Below are positions 39,114 through 47,304 of a stretch of 64,000 nucleotides of DNA, piece by piece. A program made the position numbers and the translations under genes. The stretch is from a virus, in IMG/VR virus record IMGVR_UViG_3300047462_000185, positions 32,001-96,000 of that record. One strand, 5' to 3'. Within the stretch, counting starts at the first letter, position 1; every line of letters begins with the position of its first letter. The notes beneath the pieces were generated by a model. It worked only from the letters and a program-made list of their open reading frames with translations, was not told the origin of the DNA and did not search any database.

Positions 39114-39245
39114 TCACCCCTCTGCATCTGGATCAGATTGGCGAGGCGTGAAGCAAAGCACTCCGATCAGCAGGCCAGCACCTAGCCCGATTAGGCCAAG
39201 GCTGCCCCATCTGAGCAACGTGCTGATGAGGAACAAAAGAGTCAT
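39114..39245 (-). CDS. 43 aa membrane peptide
   Basis: MTLLFLISTLLRWGSLGLIGLGAGLLIGVLCF..; between H21 and H20. Confidence 0.55.
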   Translation of the reverse strand: MTLLFLISTLLRWGSLGLIGLGAGLLIGVLCFTPRQSDPDAEG

Positions 39246-39251
39246 GGGTGT

Positions 39252-39304
39252 GCCTTTCTGCCGGATAGCGCCGGCTGATCGCCCCGCATCGGATGCGGGA
39301 AGGC
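39252..39304 (-). ncRNA. Hammerhead-like element H21 (type III; GCGAUCA)
   Basis: GCC-UU-CCCGCAU/AUGCGGG-GCGAUCA-GCCGG/CCGGC-A-GAAA-GGC. Confidence 0.7.
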
Positions 39305-39310
39305 CCGCCG

Positions 39311-39790
39311 TTAGGCGGGGATAGGCTTCTCCGGCGCCAGCGGTGCATCGATCCGCAGGAACTCGTTGATGGGGTTGTGGTCCGCCTGTTCGTAGGCGCT
39401 CGTGTCGATCTCGCGCAGCTCGATGGTCTGGCTGTAGGCGACATGCCAGCACACGTGATCCTTGGAGGTCACGTGCGCGACCAGGCAGTCGAACCTGTCG
39501 CCCGGAGCCTTCGAAATGGCGGTCTCGGCGTTCATTCGGTCCACCGGATTTTCCATGTTGAGATAGCGCCAGAACATCCAGACGTGGCTGGTGCGCGAGT
39601 CGATCATTGGCCATTCCAGGCCTTCCTTGTGCTGGATGATGTCGCCGCGCTTGAAGGTCGGGACGGCCTTGTTGAACTGGGCCAGCCTGGCGCGCAGCTC
39701 GACCACCTGAGCCTCGGGAATGTCCCGATGCGTTTTCTGGTCGACCGTGCCGCGGGCCGCGCCCATCAGGTCTGAAAGTGAAAGAAGCAT
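39311..39790 (-). CDS. Hypothetical protein
   Basis: Start MLLSLSD after H22. Confidence 0.6.
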   Translation of the reverse strand: MLLSLSDLMGAARGTVDQKTHRDIPEAQVVELRARLAQFNKAVPTFKRGDIIQHKEGLEWPMIDSRTSHVWMFWRYLNMENPVDRMNAETAISKAPGDRFDCLVAHVTSKDHVCWHVAYSQTIELREIDTSAYEQADHNPINEFLRIDAPLAPEKPIPA

Positions 39791-39798
39791 GGATGTTA

Positions 39799-39851
39799 TC
39801 CTTTCTGCCGGGACGCGCCGGCTGATCGCTCCGCGGGGATCGCGGAAAGGA
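39799..39851 (-). ncRNA. Hammerhead-like element H22 (type III; GCGAUCA)
   Basis: UCC-UU-UCCGCG/CGCGGA-GCGAUCA-GCCGG/CCGGC-A-GAAA-GGA. Confidence 0.7.
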
Positions 39852-39891
39852 ATGAGCCGCCCCACCCGATTTGGGCAGGGCGGCTCGTTGG

Positions 39892-40699
39892 TCAGATACT
39901 CGGCTCGGGCCGCTCCTCGATCACGACATTGCCGAGATCGATGGCGGGGCTGGGAGCCTCGCGGGTGAACATCGCCTTGGCACGGCGCATGCCGGCCTGG
40001 CTGGCGGTGCTCAGCTTGCTCATCCCGGTCGTGGCGCAGCGGTGGGCCTGGTAGGCGCCATATGCGGCGACACCGATCGTGCCGCAGATCACCACCACGG
40101 CGGCGAGAGCCTGGACGCCTTGAAGGGCCCCTTCACGGAGCATGGGAGCGGCGGCGCGGCCCACGTTGACCATGACGGGAACGGCGGGACGGATGATGGA
40201 CTGGAGCATGGGGTGTTCTCCTTGGGATTTCGCCGGAAGCGCCGGCTGAACGCCCTCAGCTGAGCTGAGGGATCCCGGACCGCGCCACTTGTGGCGCAGC
40301 CCTCGCGCGGGGGCGTTCGCATCGCTGCGGCCCGCACGACCTAGGGATTGATCAGGCATTGACGACTTGTTGCAGCACGCCGCGCAGCTGGTCGCGATGA
40401 GGGGTCAGCAGTTCGGCAGTCGCCAGAATCTGCAGCCCCGTCGCGAAGCAGTTGCGTGACCGTGTGATCGTGTCGAGATGATCAGGGGGGAAGTCTGTCC
40501 CGACCAGGGCCAGGATGATCATCTCGTTGCGGCGCCGGCGCCGGGCCATGCCGATCCGGATCCGCTGTATCAGGTCTTTGCCTTCGTCGTAGAGCAGCTG
40601 GTATCCGGCCGAGAGGGTAATGCCGCCGACCAGGGCGCCGAGCGCAACCGCGCCGCGCCTCAGGAAGGGCCGGGCCAATGCTGTGGACATGGGGGTCAT
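39892..40699 (-). CDS. Two hypothetical proteins with single TM segments (39892-40209, 40352-40699)
   Basis: Each has an AAGGAG RBS immediately after H23 or H24. Confidence 0.6.
40224..40276 (-). ncRNA. Hammerhead-like element H23 (type III; GCGUUCA; AUC triplet, exact canonical spacing)
   Basis: GGGA-UC-CCUCAGC/GCUGAGG-GCGUUCA-GCCGG/CCGGC-GAAA-UCCC. Confidence 0.75.
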
Positions 40700-40710
40700 G
40701 CGTCTCTCCT

Positions 40711-40767
40711 TGGTGTTTCGACCGGTCGGACCGGCCCTTATCGAGGGTCAAACGTGACCCGAAACCA
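40711..40767 (-). ncRNA. Hammerhead-like element H24 (type III; UCGAUAA, U3-A8)
   Basis: UGGU-U-UC-GGGUCA/UGACCC-UCGAUAA-GG-GCCGGU/ACCGGU-C-GAAA-C-ACCA. Confidence 0.7.
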
Positions 40768-40871
40768 CAGCGAGACTCATGTTTACACAGATATATGTGG
40801 TTTGAAAAAGAAGAATTTCAAGACCCGAAACGATTTCCGCCCCGACTGCCGAGGTTCGCCTGTGGGGTTGG

Positions 40872-40916
40872 TCCCACCCGCGTCGCGGGTTCGCGCCTGA
40901 AGCGCTCGTCGGGGGA
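40872..40916 (-). ncRNA. Hammerhead-like element H25 (type I; CCGACGA; C15.1-G16.1)
   Basis: UCCC-CCGACGA-GCGC/GCGC-GAA-CCCGC/GCGGG-U-GGGA. Confidence 0.75.
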
Positions 40917-40931
40917 TCTGGGTGGCGGCCC

Positions 40932-41159
40932 TCAATGGATCTCGTATCGCTCGATCATGAGCCAGCCGCCGCATCTCTGGGGCTTGCAGGTGCAGGCGCC
41001 AGGGACGGCGATCATTTCGACCGAGCCGTCTGGGCAGGACAGGATGCAGCCACGTGGCGTGGTGTGGACGTGGTAGCCGCACCCCTCGTAGTGGCGGGCC
41101 GACATGTTGATGAACTGGTCGAGCGAGACGACCTTCTTGGGTCTCTGGCGCGCAGCCAT
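40932..41159 (-). CDS. Small Cys-rich protein
   Basis: GGAG RBS; several Cys. Confidence 0.55.
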   Translation of the reverse strand: MAARQRPKKVVSLDQFINMSARHYEGCGYHVHTTPRGCILSCPDGSVEMIAVPGACTCKPQRCGGWLMIERYEIH

Positions 41160-41199
41160 TGATGCTTCTCCGTGTCGTGAGGCGCGGGGATCCACGCCT

Positions 41200-41243
41200 T
41201 CCCGCCCGGCTCAGCCGGGTTCGCCTTGCGGCTCATCAGGGGA
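41200..41243 (-). ncRNA. Hammerhead-like element H26 (type I; canonical CUGAUGA; C15.1-G16.1)
   Basis: UCCC-CUGAUGA-GCC-GCAA-GGC-GAA-CCCGGC/GCCGGG-C-GGGA. Confidence 0.8.
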
Positions 41244-41856
41244 TTTTTTCGGCACGAAAGATTTCATGCCGCCGTCGTTTTCGATCTGATGGTGATTTTT
41301 CAGCGTATCGGACAGCAATCTGGCGACGCTGCCTGAACTGAGAAAGCCGATGATTTGCTTCTGATCGACGCCTAACTTGGCGACGCACTCGTTGTAGATT
41401 TCCATCGGCGAGAAGTTGCGATAATCCTGCGTGAGTTCGACGCGCACCAGCGCATAGATGACGTTGGTCCCGTCGCTCAGCAGGGTTTTGATCGTATTGG
41501 GCATATCTGACATGGGGATCTCCTTATGTTGGTCCCGCCCGGCCTAGCCGGGTTCGCCCTTGGCGGGCTCGTCTGGGGATTTGGGACGGCTAACGAACAT
41601 CGCGGTGCTCAGCTTGCTCGGTCATTGGCATGTTGCGCATAATGCCGAGCAGGATATTACGAGCTGCGGATGAGTTCATCGTCGTGATAACGGTCTCGGT
41701 CGACAACCTAGCGTGGCGCACCACGTCGGACTTTATCTCATCCGGCGCGTAGTTCTTGAGCGAATAGGGAAGCTCGAACCGCACCAGGGCATAGCCCACC
41801 TTCGGTCCGTCTAGCTCGGCCATCTGCTTGATTATTGCCATCGGGTGCATTGGCAT
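41211..41856 (-). CDS. Two paralogous small proteins (41211-41513, 41590-41856)
   Basis: IYALVRVEL..NFSPMEI vs GYALVRFEL..NYAPDEI. Confidence 0.6.
41533..41579 (-). ncRNA. Hammerhead-like element H27 (type I; CAGACGA)
   Basis: UCCC-CAGACGA-GCCC/GGGC-GAA-CCCGGC/GCCGGG-C-GGGA. Confidence 0.75.
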
Positions 41857-41893
41857 GGGGATTTCCTTCTGCTGAAGCACATATTGATGTGCT

Positions 41894-41945
41894 TTCCCGC
41901 CCGCACACAAGCGGGTTCGCGCCTATGCGGCGCTCGTCTGGGGAA
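41894..41945 (-). ncRNA. Hammerhead-like element H28 (type I; CAGACGA)
   Basis: UUCCC-CAGACGA-GCGCC/GGCGC-GAA-CCCGC/GCGGG-C-GGGAA. Confidence 0.75.
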
Positions 41946-43000
41946 GCTCGGCCAGCATCTGGGGTGAAAGGCGCAGGTTGGCGTGGGGACGCCGCGCCGC
42001 CTCTTGGCAGGCCATGTAGCCGATTGCCTGGCGAATCTTCTGCGCCGCGGCGTGAACCGTGCCGTCATAGGCCGGTTTCGTCACCACGGGCACAGACCAA
42101 CCGGCCACCTTGTGCAGGCCGCATTGGAGAGCGCCGCCGGCATGCAAGCTCTGAATCGCCGTCTCGAAGGCTTTCACCTCGTGGGGCTGGACCACGGCGC
42201 AGAACCGTAGCTCGGCCGTGGTGTAGGTCTGGCGCTGGTTGATCGCCATAGCAAGCAGGACGCGCCGCTCCATTGGATCGGTGAACATGGGAATCTCCTA
42301 TTTGGTTGGTCCCACCCGCCGCAGCGGGTTCGCGCCGTCAGGCGCTCGTCTGGGGAAGGAACTGGTCGGCCGGCGCCGCGCTGTCGCGGATCGCCTCGGC
42401 GATCGCGGCCGTCACCTCGTCTCGATCGGGCCGGAACGGCCGGTGATCGAGGGTCAGGTCGGCCGAGACGCGGATCACGGCGGCGCGCCGAACAGAGCAG
42501 GGCCAGCTGGACAGTGTCATGCGGAACATGGGGATATGCCTTTCTGCCGGGAAGCGCCGGCTGATCGCGCTGGATGGGGGTCCAGCAAGGCGCCCGCGCT
42601 AGGCGGGCTCCAGGACATGCTCCTGGGCAGGAACGGTTGGCCTGGTGGTGAGAGGCGTGCCATCGGGGTGCTCGCCCCACGCCTTCAGGCGCTCGATCGC
42701 GAGATCGAACATCTTCAGCACGGCCGGGTGGCCATACACGTCGTTCAGGTGAATGACGCTTAAGGCTCCTGGCTCAACCGCTCTCACGACCGAGGTCAGG
42801 GTCGGTGTGCCGCGCTCACCGTCGAGCTCGGCATTTTGGCTGACGAAGCGACAGGCCCCGATGGCGCACCACCGGACCGCGTTCGCCTGCAAAGCGAACG
42901 CGGATTCGCCCGAAGCATCGCGTGCCGCGGCAAACCGGCAATACCGATTTGGATCGCTGATCAGCGCCCGCGCCGCGACATACATCTCGAATTCGGTCAT
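41923..43000 (-). CDS. Three hypothetical proteins (41923-42288, 42338-42529, 42599-43000)
   Basis: Each is bounded by hammerhead-like elements; last has an RWCAIGA..ND motif. Confidence 0.6.
42310..42356 (-). ncRNA. Hammerhead-like element H29 (type I; CAGACGA)
   Basis: UCCC-CAGACGA-GCGCC/GGCGC-GAA-CCCGC/GCGGG-U-GGGA. Confidence 0.75.
42538..42591 (-). ncRNA. Hammerhead-like element H30 (type III; GCGAUCA; identical to H17)
   Basis: Same 54 nt sequence as 37428-37481. Confidence 0.7.
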
Positions 43001-43043
43001 GGAATCCTCCGTGTGGCCCGGAGCAGGGGCCGGTTGATCAAGC

Positions 43044-43103
43044 TCCTCCCCCGTGCCACATCGGCATGGGATTCGCGGTCCGATCAGAACCGCTCGTCAG
43101 GGA
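43044..43103 (-). ncRNA. Hammerhead-like element H31 (type I; CUGACGA; irregular cleavage-site region)
   Basis: UCC-CUGACGA-GCGGU/ACCGC-GAA-UCCCAUGCC/GGCACGGGG-GA-GGA. Confidence 0.6.
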
Positions 43104-43262
43104 CAAAAAGAGGCGCCCTCCCTATGGAGCAGAGAGAGCGCCTGAGTTTAGGTCTAGGAAAGCAACCAAGGGGGGAACGATCCCTTGGCCTATCAGAAAT
43201 GGTTACGAAACCGGCCAAGATCAAGGCTTTGTGAGCCATAAAACACATGATAATGTGAGTCA

Positions 43263-44246
43263 ATGCCGGTCCCCACGACTCTCACCCCTGAGCAGGAACT
43301 GCTGCTCGAACAGGACTACAGCAACCCATCCCTCTCGCTGCGCGCCCTCGCCGCCAAATACGGGGTCGACAAAAAAACCATCCAGCGCGCCGCCGTCCGG
43401 AACCGATGGGTCCGAGACTATGGCAAGCGCGCCAGAGAGGTGGCGAATGCCATTCTCTCGCAACATGCCAACCAGATCGTCGAGCAGATCGCTGACGACG
43501 CGCCACAGCCGCCACAAAGTCCCCAGCCTCCCACAGGACCAAAAGCCGTTGTGGTCGACCACCCGAAACGCCATGCGCCCCGCAAAAGCGCCCCACCGCG
43601 CCTGACCGTGGTCAGCGATCAGCCCCAGAATACCGCCCAACCACACCGACCCACCGCAAACCCCAGCGAAACAGCGCCGCTCGGGGATGCCGCCCCACCA
43701 CACGCCCCATCGTCCCAAAATACGTCGCTAGATGAAATGATGCAGCGCTTCGAGGAGGACGTGCGCGCCGAGGTCGCCGTGAATATCGGCCGCATCCAGG
43801 CCGCCGTCACGCTCCGCCAGCTCTACGAGACGCGCCAGTTCCACGCGACCTTCACTATCATGCAGCAACTGGTGCTGGACTGGCTCGGCGATGACCCGGA
43901 GAAACGTGAGCGGGCCGCCCATAAGCTGTTCGGCGGTGGCGCCAGGACCTCGATCGGCCACGTCATCAAGCAGCTGGCCGACGCGATGGGCATGAACGCG
44001 GCGCTCGAGCGCAAGATCGTGGGGATCGTCGATCAGCCCGATCAGCCGGCCGGCCAGCCTGGCGCGCCGGTCGAGGTGAACGTGACCCAGGTCATTGGCG
44101 AAATGCCCACCGAGAAGCTTCGGGTGCTCAACGAGGCGCTGGCTGAGATCCAAGGGAAGCGGCGCGACGCGAGGTCCCTCCCCGTCCCGCCTGGCTATGA
44201 GCCGCCGCCAGGGTCCACATCCGGTCCAGAGGAGGCGCCACGATGA
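43263..44246 (+). CDS. Probable terminase small subunit
   Basis: N-terminal HTH SLRALAAKYGVDKKTIQRAAVRNRWVRD; upstream of terL. Confidence 0.65.
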   Translation: MPVPTTLTPEQELLLEQDYSNPSLSLRALAAKYGVDKKTIQRAAVRNRWVRDYGKRAREVANAILSQHANQIVEQIADDAPQPPQSPQPPTGPKAVVVDHPKRHAPRKSAPPRLTVVSDQPQNTAQPHRPTANPSETAPLGDAAPPHAPSSQNTSLDEMMQRFEEDVRAEVAVNIGRIQAAVTLRQLYETRQFHATFTIMQQLVLDWLGDDPEKRERAAHKLFGGGARTSIGHVIKQLADAMGMNAALERKIVGIVDQPDQPAGQPGAPVEVNVTQVIGEMPTEKLRVLNEALAEIQGKRRDARSLPVPPGYEPPPGSTSGPEEAPR

Positions 44247-44458
44247 TCTGGTTCATCCTGGTCGCCCTGCTCGCCCCGCAGGTCGGACTGATCGTCTTCG
44301 TGTTCTATGCGAACCGCGCCACGCTGCGCGCCCTGCGCGGTCCGACCGAGCAGGTGCGGATCGACGCCTATCTGGCGGTGCTGGACCGTCGTGTCGCTGT
44401 GCATAAGACTGGGGACCGACCACATGGACGTGTGTAAGTTCAGCACGATACGCTGGGG

Positions 44459-47035
44459 ATGAACCTGCCGGATGGTGTGGCCGAGATCAGGGACACGCTG
44501 CTCGCCAACGAGATCGCGATCCAGCGCGAGCTGGGCCGGCGCTCGTTCTACGACTTCTACAAGATGGCGTGGCCCGAGCTCGATCCGGCCCCGTTCGTCG
44601 ACAATTGGCACATCGGGCTGATCTGCGACGAGTTACAGGCCGCGGCGCGCCGCGAGGTGCTGAACCTGTGTATTGCAATTCCGCCAAGGCACAGCAAGCC
44701 TGTGCATGAGGATGAGCCGGTTCTCACTGCCCGAGGACGTATTTCATTGCGCGAAGTGGTGGTGGGCGATTTCGTTCTGACCCACATGGGACGCTTTCGG
44801 CGAGTCGAGGCGGTTCACATCCAGGGCGAGTTGCCTACGCTCACGGTGCGCGCCTGGTCAGGTCGCGCTGCCCGTATGGCACCTGACCATCCTCTGCTGA
44901 CGGCGCGTGGGTGGGTGCAAGCCCAGCATTTGGTTGCGGGTGACAGGGCAGCGGTCGCACGCATCGATGAGCAATGTGGGCAGGATACCGTCTCGGCCGA
45001 GGAGGCGCGACTTCTGGGCTATCTGGTGGGTGATGGATCATGCACTCACTCGGCAATCAACATCACAGCTCTAGATGAGACTGAAATTGCCGATATCCAG
45101 GCATGCGCCAACACCCTCGGGATCGGGACGTCCATCACACGCAAAACAAAGACCGCAGCGGTCAAAGTCGGATTACTCAATGACAGACTGAAAAACCGAT
45201 GCGGTGCTGCGCATCAGCTTATCGATCGTGCTGGCCTCACGGGCAAGAATAGCTACACGAAGCGAGCTCCGCCTTCGATTATGGCCGCAACGCAGCGCAT
45301 CATCGCCGAATTCCTGGCCGCCTACTGGGCCTGCGATGGGTATATCGCGAAACGGGGCTTCCTAAAGGACGGTAGAATTCGAACTGATGTCTGTGTCGGT
45401 TGCGACACGGTCAGCCGAGAGTTGGCGCTCGATGTCCAGCATTTGCTTTATCGGCTGGGCGTAAACTCTCGCGTCAGGACGAAGGTAGCGAAGATCAAGA
45501 CTAGGAAACAGGGTAGCGACACTTACACATCGTATTCCGTCTCGATGACGTCAGCTGATGATGTCGCGCGTTTTGCGTCGGCGGTCACAATTCCGCACGC
45601 CAAGCAAGCTCTCCTTGACCGACATAAGGGGCGCACAGACTTCGATAGGCCGCTCTGGCGCGATGAGATTGTGGCAATCGAGCAGAGTGAACCCGCGCCA
45701 TGTCGATGCCTGACGGTTGATGAGGATCAAAGCTTCACCGCAGGCGACCTGGTGGTCCACAACAGCCTGCTCTGCTCCGTGGCGTTCCCGGCCTGGGTGT
45801 GGACCTGGTGGCCCGCGGCCCGCTTCATCACGTCGAGCTACGATGTGGTGAAGCTCGCGATGCGGGACGCGCTGGCGGCGCGCCGGCTGGTGACCAGCGA
45901 CTGGTATCAGACGCGCTTCCCCGAAGTGAAGCTGGCGGCCGATCAGAACGTCAAGAGCTTCTACCAGACCACGGCGGGCGGGGCGCGGTTCGCCTGTAGC
46001 CCGACGGCCGGCCTCACCGGTCATGGCGCCGATTTCGCGATGTTCGACGACCCGCACAACGTCACGAAGGGTGAGTCCGAGAAGGATAGGGACAGGGCCA
46101 GGACGTTCTGGTTCGAGGCCATGTCGCCCCGGTTCAACAACCCGTCTCACGGGGTGCGGATCGTGGTCCAGCAGCGCGTCAACGAAGCTGACGTCGCGGG
46201 CGAGTGCATCCGGCGCGGCTATCATACAGTAGTTTTGCCGGCCCGGTTCGAGCGCGACCATCCGCAGCGCTCGCCTCGGGATCCGCGCCAGGTCGAGGGT
46301 GAGTTGCTTTGGCCCGACAAGTTCTCCGATGCGGATGTCACCAAGCTCGAAAAGGACATGGGGCAGTTTGCCGCGGCGGGCCAGCTGCAGCAGCGTCCCG
46401 TGCCGCGCGAGGGTGGGCTGTTCAAGCGCCACTGGTTCGAGATCGTGGACGCGGCGCCGGCGACGCAGCGCAGGGTCAGGTCGTGGGACCTGGCCGCATC
46501 CGAGAAGAAGGTCACGTCGAGCGATCCGGACTACACCGTGGGTCTGCTCATGTCGCTGTGCGACGGCGTCTACTACATCGAGGATGTGAGGCGTGACAGG
46601 CTCTCGCCGCACGGCGTCGAGCTGATGATCACGAACACGGCCAAGCAGGACGGCAAAGGGGTGAGGATCAGGTTCCCGCAGGACCCGGCCCAGGCCGGCA
46701 AGTTCCAGGTCCGCTATTACGTGACGCAGTTGGCCGGGTGGATGCTGCACATCGAGCAGGAGACCGGAGACAAGGTGACGCGTGCCGATCCGTTCTCGAG
46801 CCAGGCCGAGGTTGGGAATGTGAAGCTGGTCAAGGGCGCATGGAACGAGGATTTCCTGTCGGAGATCGCGATATTTCCTGGGGGTGCGCACGACGACCAG
46901 GTCGATGCGGCGACGGGCGCGTTTCGGGCCCTGACGAGCGGCACGACGGGGATCATCGACTTCTACCGGCAGCAGATCGCGGCGCGTGACGCGGCGCGTG
47001 ACGCGGCACGGGGTCCGGGCGACGGCACACGATAG
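44459..47035 (+). CDS. terL: Terminase large subunit with intein
   Basis: PPRHSK|S Walker A, FDDPH Walker B, WDLA, HDDQVDA nuclease motifs. Confidence 0.92.
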   Translation: MNLPDGVAEIRDTLLANEIAIQRELGRRSFYDFYKMAWPELDPAPFVDNWHIGLICDELQAAARREVLNLCIAIPPRHSKPVHEDEPVLTARGRISLREVVVGDFVLTHMGRFRRVEAVHIQGELPTLTVRAWSGRAARMAPDHPLLTARGWVQAQHLVAGDRAAVARIDEQCGQDTVSAEEARLLGYLVGDGSCTHSAINITALDETEIADIQACANTLGIGTSITRKTKTAAVKVGLLNDRLKNRCGAAHQLIDRAGLTGKNSYTKRAPPSIMAATQRIIAEFLAAYWACDGYIAKRGFLKDGRIRTDVCVGCDTVSRELALDVQHLLYRLGVNSRVRTKVAKIKTRKQGSDTYTSYSVSMTSADDVARFASAVTIPHAKQALLDRHKGRTDFDRPLWRDEIVAIEQSEPAPCRCLTVDEDQSFTAGDLVVHNSLLCSVAFPAWVWTWWPAARFITSSYDVVKLAMRDALAARRLVTSDWYQTRFPEVKLAADQNVKSFYQTTAGGARFACSPTAGLTGHGADFAMFDDPHNVTKGESEKDRDRARTFWFEAMSPRFNNPSHGVRIVVQQRVNEADVAGECIRRGYHTVVLPARFERDHPQRSPRDPRQVEGELLWPDKFSDADVTKLEKDMGQFAAAGQLQQRPVPREGGLFKRHWFEIVDAAPATQRRVRSWDLAASEKKVTSSDPDYTVGLLMSLCDGVYYIEDVRRDRLSPHGVELMITNTAKQDGKGVRIRFPQDPAQAGKFQVRYYVTQLAGWMLHIEQETGDKVTRADPFSSQAEVGNVKLVKGAWNEDFLSEIAIFPGGAHDDQVDAATGAFRALTSGTTGIIDFYRQQIAARDAARDAARGPGDGTR
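44699..45763 (+). mobile_element. Intein (355 aa) with LAGLIDADG homing endonuclease, starting with Pro
   Basis: PVHEDEPVLT..DHPLLTARGW..LLGYLVGDGS..FLAAYWACDGYI..CRCLTV..VVHN|S; lower GC than exteins. Confidence 0.9.
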
Positions 47036-47304
47036 TATTCCCCATCAAAGACTCATCCCATGATCCGCGCGTCATGGCATGAGTCCGTGTATCTTTTGAT
47101 AAATAAACGTGAATTAAAGTTTTGGCCCGAGTCGGGCTGTCGACACTATTATATGTATGATTTCATACGATTAGCGATAATCCCTTGTGATTGCTTATGA
47201 AACCACAGGTTTCGGTGCAAAACACTCTATGCAACCCTTCACGTTTGTGTAACCATGTGGCTCCGGTGGATCATTTTTCGTCAAGCGCCCGAGGGAAGGG
47301 AAAC

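Noticed and set aside
40825-40860. Partial type I repeat (GC-GAA-hairpin-C-GG)
   Set aside because: No core linker or stem II; remnant only
36229-42591. CRISPR array or integron attC cassette array
   Set aside because: Spacers are whole genes of variable length, repeats are conserved in structure rather than sequence, there are no cas genes, no consistent GTTRRRY/RYYYAAC boxes, and the integrase is P4-type
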